This document shows positions 8,807-15,988 of a stretch of 21,725 nucleotides of DNA, in pieces (within the stretch, counting starts at the first letter, position 1; each line of letters opens with the position of its first letter). The notes beneath the pieces were generated by a model. The model saw only the letters and a program-made list of their open reading frames with translations. It did no database searches and had not been told where the DNA came from. A program made the position numbers and the translations under genes. Where the stretch lies: positions 1-21,725 of the forward strand of contig CAVRGP010000014.1 in assembly GCA_963720755.1 (NCBI GenBank), given 5' to 3'. This DNA is from an uncultured Chloroflexia bacterium. Lineage in GTDB: Bacteria > Chloroflexota > Limnocylindria > Limnocylindrales > CSP1-4.

Positions 8807-10512
8807 CGACGGCACCGCCCGGCCCGCGCCCGGTCGTCCTCTACGACACGACCCTCCGCGACGGCACGCAGGGGGAGAACATCACGCTGTCCCTGGCCGA
8901 CAAGCTCCGGGTCGCCAGGATGCTCGATGAATACGGGATGCCATTCATCGAGGGTGGCTGGCCCGGCTCCAATCCCAAGGACATCGACTTCTTCGCCGCG
9001 GCCCGCAAGATCCCATGGGAGCAGGCCCGACTGGCAGCCTTCGGGATGACCCGCCATCGCTCCAACCGTCCCGAGGACGACTCGAACCTTCGCGAGCTGG
9101 TCGCCGCCGAAACTCCGGTCGTGACCATCTTCGGCAAGAGCTGGCTGCTCCACGTCACCGAGGTCCTGGGGGCCACAGCGCCGGAGAATCTGGACATGAT
9201 CGCCGACTCTGTCGCCTTCGTGGCAGAGCGAGGCCGCGAAGTGGTCTACGACGCCGAGCACTTCTTCGATGGCTACAAGGATGACCCCGCATACGCACTG
9301 GCGACCCTTCGAGCCGCTCGGCAGGCCGGTTCGCGGACGCTGGTCCTGTGCGATACCAATGGCGGGACCCTGACCGACGAGCTGGTCGAGATCGTCCACG
9401 ACGTGCGAACCGCCGTCGACGCGGACCGCGACGCACCCGAGGTCAGCTGGGGGATCCACACGCACAACGATGCCGATCTCGCGGTGGCCAACACGATCGC
9501 GGCGGTGGCCGCCGGCGTCCGGCATGTCCAGGCCACGATCAACGGGTACGGCGAGCGTGCCGGCAACGCCAACATGGTCAGCATCCTGGCCAATCTGGCC
9601 CTCAAGACCCCGCACGAGCTCGTGCCCGCCGGCGGCGGGACGTTGGCCGATCTGACCGAGCTCTCGCGCTCGGTGGCCGAGATCGCGAACGTCGTCCCCA
9701 ACGACTATCAGCCATACGTCGGGCGTTCAGCCTTCGCCCACAAAGGCGGCGTCCACGGCGCGGCCGTGGCTCGTGTCGAACGGAGCTATCAGCACGTTGA
9801 CCCGTCGTCCGTCGGGAATGCCGGCCGGCTCGTCGTCTCCGAACTCGGCGGTCGCGCCAATATCTCGATCCGCGCCCAACAGCTCGGGCATGAGCTCGAA
9901 GGGGTGGTGGATCCGCGCGAGTTGTCCATCTTGATCAAGGAACTCGAGGCCGATGGGCTGGCCTTCGAGGGCGCGGAGGCGAGCTTCGAACTGCTCATCC
10001 GGCGCCACGCCGCCGACTACGTCGCGCCATTCCGGATCGTGGACTACACCTGCCTGATCGAGCAGCGAGCCGGACAGGAACTGCTGGCGGAGGCGACCGT
10101 GAAAGTCGAGGTCGATGGCGAGATCCTGCATACCGCAGCCGATGGGAACGGGCCGGTCAACGCCCTGGATGCCGCCGTCCGCAAGGCGCTCCGAGCGTTC
10201 TATCCGGCGCTCGAACAGGTCCATCTGGTCGACTACAAGGTTCGGATCCTTGACGGCGGCGCGGCGACGGCGGCGCGGACCCGGGTCATCATCGACTCGA
10301 TGGACGGCGCGCGCACCTGGTCCACGATGGGAAGTGACACGAACATCATCGCGGCATCGGCGACAGCCCTTGCCGACTCCCTCGAATACGCGATCTGGAA
10401 AAGTGGTTCCGAGTTGCTCCGCCGCGACGAGCGCCACTTCACGACCGCACCGGAAACGGGCCCGACCGACCGAGCGGGGAGCCACGGCGCCACAGCCAAC
10501 CCACGGAGGTGA
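8803..10512 (+). CDS. cimA: (R)-citramalate synthase
   Basis: DTTLRDGTQGE, GGWPGSNPKD, YDAEHFFDGYK, LCDTNGG, HTHND, AFAHKGGVH, GYGERAGN, FEGAEASFEL, DYKVRIL. These motifs are characteristic of the bacterial CimA subfamily of DRE-TIM enzymes. Confidence 0.92.
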   Translation: MTTAPPGPRPVVLYDTTLRDGTQGENITLSLADKLRVARMLDEYGMPFIEGGWPGSNPKDIDFFAAARKIPWEQARLAAFGMTRHRSNRPEDDSNLRELVAAETPVVTIFGKSWLLHVTEVLGATAPENLDMIADSVAFVAERGREVVYDAEHFFDGYKDDPAYALATLRAARQAGSRTLVLCDTNGGTLTDELVEIVHDVRTAVDADRDAPEVSWGIHTHNDADLAVANTIAAVAAGVRHVQATINGYGERAGNANMVSILANLALKTPHELVPAGGGTLADLTELSRSVAEIANVVPNDYQPYVGRSAFAHKGGVHGAAVARVERSYQHVDPSSVGNAGRLVVSELGGRANISIRAQQLGHELEGVVDPRELSILIKELEADGLAFEGAEASFELLIRRHAADYVAPFRIVDYTCLIEQRAGQELLAEATVKVEVDGEILHTAADGNGPVNALDAAVRKALRAFYPALEQVHLVDYKVRILDGGAATAARTRVIIDSMDGARTWSTMGSDTNIIAASATALADSLEYAIWKSGSELLRRDERHFTTAPETGPTDRAGSHGATANPRR

Positions 10513-10516
10513 CTCG

Positions 10517-11047
10517 ATGAGCGATCCTGCGGGCGATGTCCTGCATCTAGCCCGATGGACAGCCGCGTCCGGCAGCAACACGCGCAGCCGCGGTGCGGTC
10601 GTGATCGCGTCTGGAGACCACGAATGGCGAGCGTCGGCTGAAGGCAACGGCCCGATCGACGCGCTGTATCGCGCCGTGGACGAGGCCGTCGACAGCGTCC
10701 TGACCGGCCATCCACGACTGCTCGCCTACGACATCCACGCCCTGGGCGAGGGAACCGATACGATCGGCGTGGTGGCCGTGCGGATCGCACCGCCGGATGT
10801 CGGCGGGCAGCGCGGCACTGGCGAATACGCCGGCGAGGCCCGTGGTCCGAACATCATCGCCGCGTCGATCGAGGCGTACGTCGCGGCGATCAACCTGATG
10901 TTGGCCGAAGCGCACTGGAAAGGTGCGACCGAGGCGGCCGGGAACCGTCGTGGCGCCTCCGTCCCGGCCGGCGTCGCCCGCGAGGAGCGGGCGGACCTCG
11001 ACGAGGACGAAGTGCCCCACGACACGACGGCCTGGTTCGAGCGGTAG
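10517..11047 (+). CDS. Stand-alone LeuA allosteric (regulatory/dimerisation) domain protein, 176 aa, with an acidic C-terminal tail
   Basis: Strong RBS GGAGGT (10505-10510) 6 nt before ATG 10517. Motifs GNGPIDALYRAV and NIIAASIEAYVAAIN align with the C-terminal domains of LeuA and CimA in this window. There is no catalytic TIM barrel. Confidence 0.88.
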   Translation: MSDPAGDVLHLARWTAASGSNTRSRGAVVIASGDHEWRASAEGNGPIDALYRAVDEAVDSVLTGHPRLLAYDIHALGEGTDTIGVVAVRIAPPDVGGQRGTGEYAGEARGPNIIAASIEAYVAAINLMLAEAHWKGATEAAGNRRGASVPAGVAREERADLDEDEVPHDTTAWFER

Positions 11048-11068
11048 GTCAGCCAGTCCTCACCCGAC

Positions 11069-11107
11069 CCGCGGTCGCGCACCGCGGTCGCGCACCGTGG
11101 TCGCTCG
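11069..11107. repeat. 13-bp tandem repeat CCGCGGTCGCGCA x2 plus one degenerate copy
   Basis: 11069-11081 and 11082-11094 are identical; 11095-11107 reads CCGTGGTCGCTCG. Confidence 0.85.
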
Positions 11108-11108
11108 G

Positions 11109-11114
11109 TAGCAT
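11109..11114 (+). promoter_or_regulatory. Possible -10 element (TAGCAT) for the lipoprotein/pheA genes
   Basis: A TAnnnT hexamer in an AT-richer patch 32 nt upstream of ATG 11147. There is no clear -35. Confidence 0.4.
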
Positions 11115-11146
11115 ATGGTTCACGACCAAACTCATTGAGGCTGACC

Positions 11147-11578
11147 ATGACCCGCATCTTCGCCGCCCTGGCCGCCCTGGCCCTCGTCCTCACCGCCTGC
11201 TCCTCGTCCGGTTCCGGCGTGTCCAGCGCCGATAGTGCTGCGTTCTGCACGACGCTCGCTCAGTACACCCAGTCACTGACCGACTTCAAACAACTCCCCG
11301 CTGACGCCACGGTCGCCGACTACCAGGCGGCCGCGACCGACGTGAAGGTCCAGCTGGCCGCGCTCACCGCCGCGTCGGGCGACTACGTCGGCGCGCAACT
11401 CCAGGAACTCCAGACGGCCCAGGACGACCTGGTCGCCGCGACCGAGGGGCTCACCGCCAATTCGACCCCGGCACAGTGGCAGGCCGCGACGTCGTCGGCG
11501 CTGGACGACGTGATCGCCGCAGCCGCAGGGCTCGAGCTGGCGGAATGCAACACGACACCGACACCGTCCGCGGGGTAG
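11147..11578 (+). CDS. Hypothetical lipoprotein, 143 aa
   Basis: Signal peptide MTRIFAALAALALVLTA followed by lipobox LTAC, a Ser/Gly linker, and an Ala/Thr/Gln-rich helical body with two more Cys. RBS GAGG at 11137-11140. Confidence 0.8.
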   Translation: MTRIFAALAALALVLTACSSSGSGVSSADSAAFCTTLAQYTQSLTDFKQLPADATVADYQAAATDVKVQLAALTAASGDYVGAQLQELQTAQDDLVAATEGLTANSTPAQWQAATSSALDDVIAAAAGLELAECNTTPTPSAG

Positions 11579-11602
11579 CCGCTGACCGGGCGACGGCCGA
11601 TC

Positions 11603-12460
11603 ATGGCTGCTGATCGCCGGACGCGATCGATCGCCTATGCGGGCGAACCGGGGGCCTTCGCGGAAGACGCGGTCCTCGCCGCGTTCGGCGACATCGAGCG
11701 CATCCCGCTCGCTGGCTTCCGGGCGGTCTTCGAGACCGTCGCGTCTGGTGGCGCCATGGCCGGGGTCGTCCCGATCGAGAACGTCATCCACGGCACGGTC
11801 CGTGAGAACTACGATCTGCTGCTCGAATACGACCTGACCATCCACGGCGAGGTGGTCGTGCCGATCCACCTTTGTCTTGCTGCGTTACCCGGCCAGGGCC
11901 TCGACGACATCGGTCGGATCTATTCGCACATCCAGGCACTCGGCCAGGCCGAGGGGTTCCTGCGTCGCCGGCCCTGGCAGCTGCTGACGACATACAACAC
12001 CGCGGGAGCGGGCAAGACGATCGCCGACACCGATGAGCGCGGTGCGGCCGCGGTCCTCTCGCCCCGGGCAGCCGGCCTGTTCGGGCTGGAGATCCTCGCC
12101 GACGAGATCGGTGACCTGCCAGACAACCGGACCCGGTTCCTGATCGTGGGGCGCGACGGCATCGACGAGCCGAGCGGGCTCCGGTCGCCGGGTGCCCAGC
12201 GGCGGACGACCCTCGTCGTTGCCGTGAGGAACGAACCCGGGGCGTTGCTCGCCGTGCTCACGGTCTTCGCGGACCATCGGCTCAACATGCGCAAGCTCGA
12301 GTCACGCCCGAGCCGCCAGCGCGCCTGGGAATACGTGTTCTGGATCGACCTGGACGCGGACACCGCCGACCCGTCCACGGCGGCGGCTCTCGATGCCCTG
12401 CGCGCGGTCACAACGACGACGCGCGTCCTCGGCAGCTACCTCGCCGCACCTGGAGCCTGA
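11603..12460 (+). CDS. pheA: Prephenate dehydratase (PDT + ACT, no chorismate mutase domain)
   Basis: AYAGEPGAF, VVPIEN..HGTV, SHIQALGQ, catalytic NRTRF, ACT-domain NEPGAL and LESRP. Confidence 0.93.
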   Translation: MAADRRTRSIAYAGEPGAFAEDAVLAAFGDIERIPLAGFRAVFETVASGGAMAGVVPIENVIHGTVRENYDLLLEYDLTIHGEVVVPIHLCLAALPGQGLDDIGRIYSHIQALGQAEGFLRRRPWQLLTTYNTAGAGKTIADTDERGAAAVLSPRAAGLFGLEILADEIGDLPDNRTRFLIVGRDGIDEPSGLRSPGAQRRTTLVVAVRNEPGALLAVLTVFADHRLNMRKLESRPSRQRAWEYVFWIDLDADTADPSTAAALDALRAVTTTTRVLGSYLAAPGA

Positions 12461-12498
12461 CGGCGATCGCGGCGCGGGTCGTTCTCTGGCAGGCCTGC

Positions 12499-12870
12499 CT
12501 AGACCGGTCGCTTGCGCAACTCGTCACGGATCTCGGCCAGGAGGGTCTCCTCAGCTGTCGGGCCGGGCGGTGGCGCCTCCTTGATGAAGACCCTGGCGAT
12601 GAGATAGACCACCAGCGCGACCACCGCGAAGACGATGAGCGCATTGATGAACTCGCCCCAGGCGATCACGACCGGTTGGCCGTCCGAGTCCGTACCGAGG
12701 ACGGTCTGGATCGAGGCGAAGTCGACCCCGCCGAGCGCCCAGCCGATGGGCGGCATGATGATCCCATTGACCAGGACGTCCACGACGTTGCCGAGGGCGG
12801 CGCCGATGATGACCCCGATCGCCAGGGCAAGGGCATTCGACTTGGTCAGGAACTCCCTGAAACCACTCAC
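12499..12870 (-). CDS. mscL: Large-conductance mechanosensitive channel
   Basis: FREFL.KSNALALAIGVIIGAA, IIMPPIG, WGEFINALIVF, LLAEIRDEL. Confidence 0.93.
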   Translation of the reverse strand: MSGFREFLTKSNALALAIGVIIGAALGNVVDVLVNGIIMPPIGWALGGVDFASIQTVLGTDSDGQPVVIAWGEFINALIVFAVVALVVYLIARVFIKEAPPPGPTAEETLLAEIRDELRKRPV

Positions 12871-12897
12871 GCTCGATGCTCGTCCTTCAGTTGGATC

Positions 12898-13302
12898 CTA
12901 GTGCTCGACGACCTTCGGCAGGTCCTTCGACTGGGCGATCCAGCCGGCGATCTCGCTTTCCGTCGGGACGCGACGGACGATCCCCGGACGGGCGGCCACG
13001 ACCTCTTCGAAGGTCGTCGCCAGGTTCAAGGCATTGCGGTTGGCGAGCTCAGCCGGTAAATCGACGCCGGCGGCCTCCAGCAGATCCGAGTACTCCGACC
13101 CGACCCCCTTGATCCGCATCAGGTCGACGTGGTTCACCCATTCGAGGATCAGCTTGCCGCTGATCCCCGTGGCCTTCTCGATGGCGGCCCGTCCGCCTGG
13201 CTTCGCGCCCTGTTCGAGCAGCGCGTCCGTCGTGGCGATCCCCGCCAGGCTGAGCTGCTCGGCATGGACCGGTCCGATCCCTTCGACTTCCTCGATGTTC
13301 AT
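12898..13302 (-). CDS. DUF4332-like helix-hairpin-helix protein, 134 aa
   Basis: IEEVEGIG and DLMRIKGVGSEYSDLLEAAGVD...ELANRN. RBS AGGAGGT upstream of ATG 13302. Confidence 0.85.
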   Translation of the reverse strand: MNIEEVEGIGPVHAEQLSLAGIATTDALLEQGAKPGGRAAIEKATGISGKLILEWVNHVDLMRIKGVGSEYSDLLEAAGVDLPAELANRNALNLATTFEEVVAARPGIVRRVPTESEIAGWIAQSKDLPKVVEH

Positions 13303-13349
13303 GGGAGACCTCCTGGTCGCGACATGCGCGGCGGTTCGTGACGGTCTCG

Positions 13350-13359
13350 ATGATACGCT
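13350..13359. promoter_or_regulatory. Overlapping back-to-back -10 elements (possible bidirectional promoter)
   Basis: The + strand has TGa-TACGCT (hexamer 13354-13359) and the - strand has TATCAT (13355-13350). They share one TA and sit midway between divergent start codons 13302 and 13404. Confidence 0.5.
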
Positions 13360-13403
13360 TGGCTCCGGTCCCACGACCACCCGGCAACCCCCAGGAGGGA
13401 TCG

Positions 13404-15065
13404 ATGGATCAGGCGTTCCGCGACGCGATGAAGGCCGGCTACGACTTGACCGAACCCGGTCTGGTGATCGGCAGCCCGATGCTCGGCGACGAGCTTGCCA
13501 ACGAGGCGCGGGTCCAGGTCGCGCTGTCGATGCTCAACCGGCATGGGCTGATCGCCGGGGCCACCGGGACGGGCAAGACCAAGACCCTCCAGTTGCTCGC
13601 CGGGCAGCTGTCGAAAGCTGGCGTCCCGGTCTTCGTGGCCGATATCAAGGGCGACCTGACCGGTCTGGCTGCGCCAGGCGACGCGACCAACAGCAGGCTG
13701 CTGGATCGGGTCCATTCGCTCGACTGGACGTTCGAGGCGTCGGGCCATCCCGTCGAATTCCTGTCGTTGACGGGCAAGCTCGGGGCACAGGTTCGGGCGA
13801 CGGTCCACTCGTTCGGCCCACTGCTCCTGGGCAAGGTGCTCGACCTCAACGACACCCAGACGTCGATCCTGGCCCTCATCTTCAAGTACTGCGATGACAA
13901 CGACCTGCCGCTCCTGGATCTGAAGGATCTGGTCGCGACCCTCAAGTACCTCGCCTCCGACGAGGGCAAGCCGTTCCTCGCCGAATACGGCGGGATGTCG
14001 AGCTCATCTGTCGGGGTCCTGCTCCGTTCGATCGTGGTCCTGGAGCAGGAGGGAGCCGACATCTTCTTCGGTGAACCCGAATTCGAGGTCGAAGACCTGA
14101 TGCGGACGAACGCCGAAGGGGAGGGGATCGTCAGCATCCTCGAGCTGTCGGACGTGATGGACAAGCCGCGGCTGTTCTCGACGTTCATGCTCTGGCTGCT
14201 CGCCCAGCTGTACGAGTCGTTGCCCGAGGCCGGCGACCTGCCGAAGCCGAAGTTGTGCTTCTTCTTCGACGAAGCTCACCTCCTCTTCGACGACGCATCA
14301 GAGGCGCTGATGGACCAGGTCGAGCGCACGGCCCGGCTCATCCGATCGAAGGGTGTCGGCATCTACTTCGTGACCCAGGCGCCGACCGACGTGCCGTCGC
14401 CGGTCCTGGCCCAGCTCGGCAACCGAGTCCAGCACGCCTTGCGCGTGTTCACACCCGAGGATTCGGACGCCCTGCGGAAGACCGCCCGGACCTTCCCGAT
14501 GACCGAGTTCTATGACGTGGAGAAGCAGATCACGTCGCTCGGCACCGGCGAGGCGCTGGTGACCGTCCTGTCACCGCGGGGCATCCCGACGCCGCTCGCG
14601 GCGACTCGACTGCTCGCTCCCGACTCGCTCATGTCGCCGATCGACGAGGTCCAGTTCCGGGGCCGGATCGCGATGAGTCCGATCCAGGCCAAGTACGGTG
14701 CGACGATCGATCGCGACAGTGCGTACGAACGGATCACCGCTCGGCTCGTGGCGGCGAAAGCGGCCACCGCCGAGGCGGCGGTGCAGGCCGGCGTCGACCC
14801 GACGACTGCGACAGCGATGAACACGATGACCGCGGCCCAGCAGCAGCGCGAGATCGCCCGTCAGGCCCGGGAACTCGCCGCGGCCCAGAAGGCGGCCGAG
14901 CGCGCGCGCAAGGTCGAGGCCAAGGCCAAGGCGGATGCGGCGAAGGCACACCAGCGCTCCATCGACAACGCGATCCGCACCGGTGGCAAGGTCGCCTCCT
15001 CGCGACTCGGCCAGGACGTCATCCGGGGCGTATTCGGGACCCTGTTCGGCGGCAAGGGTCGCTGA
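13404..15065 (+). CDS. DUF853/YjgR-family HerA-like P-loop ATPase, 553 aa
   Basis: NRHGLIAGATGTGKT (Walker A), FVADIKGD, FFFDEAH (Walker B), RLIRSKGVGIYFVTQ, QLGNRVQHALR. RBS AGGAGG precedes ATG 13404. Confidence 0.9.
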   Translation: MDQAFRDAMKAGYDLTEPGLVIGSPMLGDELANEARVQVALSMLNRHGLIAGATGTGKTKTLQLLAGQLSKAGVPVFVADIKGDLTGLAAPGDATNSRLLDRVHSLDWTFEASGHPVEFLSLTGKLGAQVRATVHSFGPLLLGKVLDLNDTQTSILALIFKYCDDNDLPLLDLKDLVATLKYLASDEGKPFLAEYGGMSSSSVGVLLRSIVVLEQEGADIFFGEPEFEVEDLMRTNAEGEGIVSILELSDVMDKPRLFSTFMLWLLAQLYESLPEAGDLPKPKLCFFFDEAHLLFDDASEALMDQVERTARLIRSKGVGIYFVTQAPTDVPSPVLAQLGNRVQHALRVFTPEDSDALRKTARTFPMTEFYDVEKQITSLGTGEALVTVLSPRGIPTPLAATRLLAPDSLMSPIDEVQFRGRIAMSPIQAKYGATIDRDSAYERITARLVAAKAATAEAAVQAGVDPTTATAMNTMTAAQQQREIARQARELAAAQKAAERARKVEAKAKADAAKAHQRSIDNAIRTGGKVASSRLGQDVIRGVFGTLFGGKGR

Positions 15066-15098
15066 CCTCGATGGTCGGCGCGGGCTGGGCCCGCTAGG

Positions 15099-15917
15099 TC
15101 ACTCGATGACGAGGTCGGCAGGCAGGTCTGGTTCCGGCGGGTAAGCGGGCTTCAAGCCGGCGATCGTGTCGGCCAGGATGGACGCGACCGCCAGGTTCCG
15201 GAACCACTTGTGGTTCGCCGGGATGACGTACCAGGGCGCCCAGGACGTGGATGTCTTGGTGAGGGCGTCGTCGAAGGCCTGCTGGTAGGCGTCCCAGCGC
15301 TTGCGTTCCTCCAGATCACCCATCGAGAACTTCCAGCGTCTGGTCGGGTCGTCGTAGCGCGCCTGGAAGCGCTCGCGTTGCTCGTCCCGGTCGATGGCCA
15401 GGAAGAACTTGACGATCGTGGTGCCAGCGTCGGCGAGCGTTCGCTCGAACTCGTTGATCTGCTCGTAGCGCCTGGACCAGACCCGCTTCGGGACGAGGTC
15501 GTGGACGCGAACGACGAGGACATCCTCATAGTGCGAGCGATTGAAGATGCCGATCTCGCCCTTGCCGGGGGTTCGCTTGTGGATGCGCCACAGGAAGTCG
15601 TGGGCGAGCTCCTCGGTCGTCGGGACCTTGAACGATGACACCACGCAGCCCTGCGGGTTGAACGCTTCCATGACCTTGCCGATCGTGCCGTCCTTGCCGG
15701 CGGCGTCGATCCCCTGGAGGACGACCAGGACGGATCGTCGGGACTCGGCCCACAGCCGGTCCTGGAGGTCCGCCAGTCGCTCGAGGCGGCGCTGGGTCGG
15801 CGGCGCCGCCGTCGCCTTGTCGAACCCGAACGTTGCGTTCGGATCGATCTTCGCCAGTCGCGCCCGCGTTCCCGGCTTGACCAGAAGGGCGGCGCGCAGA
15901 TCAGATGCGTGGGCCAT
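15099..15917 (-). CDS. ppk2: Polyphosphate kinase 2 family (class III-like) polyphosphate:nucleotide phosphotransferase
   Basis: Walker A QGIDAAGKDG, FKVPT.EELAHDFLWR, IFNRSHYEDVL, WKFS..D, APWYVIPANHKW. RBS GAGGT upstream of ATG 15917. Confidence 0.92.
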   Translation of the reverse strand: MAHASDLRAALLVKPGTRARLAKIDPNATFGFDKATAAPPTQRRLERLADLQDRLWAESRRSVLVVLQGIDAAGKDGTIGKVMEAFNPQGCVVSSFKVPTTEELAHDFLWRIHKRTPGKGEIGIFNRSHYEDVLVVRVHDLVPKRVWSRRYEQINEFERTLADAGTTIVKFFLAIDRDEQRERFQARYDDPTRRWKFSMGDLEERKRWDAYQQAFDDALTKTSTSWAPWYVIPANHKWFRNLAVASILADTIAGLKPAYPPEPDLPADLVIE

Positions 15918-15988
15918 CGTCGACCTCGGTTCGGGGTTGTCCGGGCGGTTGTACGATGCCAACCGTACCCCATGAGGAGATCCCTTCC

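Noticed and set aside
10420-10434. RRDER in the CimA tail matches RRDER at the end of the leader peptide
   Set aside because: It is a five-residue match of common amino acids with different Arg codons, most likely coincidence.
10115-10516. Upstream 134 codons of the 310-aa ORF 10115..11047, or a cimA frameshift fusion
   Set aside because: It overlaps cimA out of frame and has no recognisable protein features. The strong SD and ATG at 10517 define the real start, and I see no slippery site.
12488-12499. Palindrome GGCAGGCCTGCC between convergent pheA and mscL
   Set aside because: The stem is very short and has no U-tract, so it cannot be supported as a terminator.
12898-15065. HerA-like ATPase plus HhH protein as an anti-phage defence system
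   Set aside because: The ATPase matches the widespread DUF853/YjgR type. There is no adjacent nuclease, SIR2 or NurA partner, no composition shift and no mobility genes.
15063-15101. Hairpin GCGGGC-TGG-GCCCGC, flanked by TGACCT/AGGTCA, between convergent ATPase and ppk2 genes
   Set aside because: It is a plausible 3'-end structure, but it is short and has no U-tract on either strand, so it is not called.
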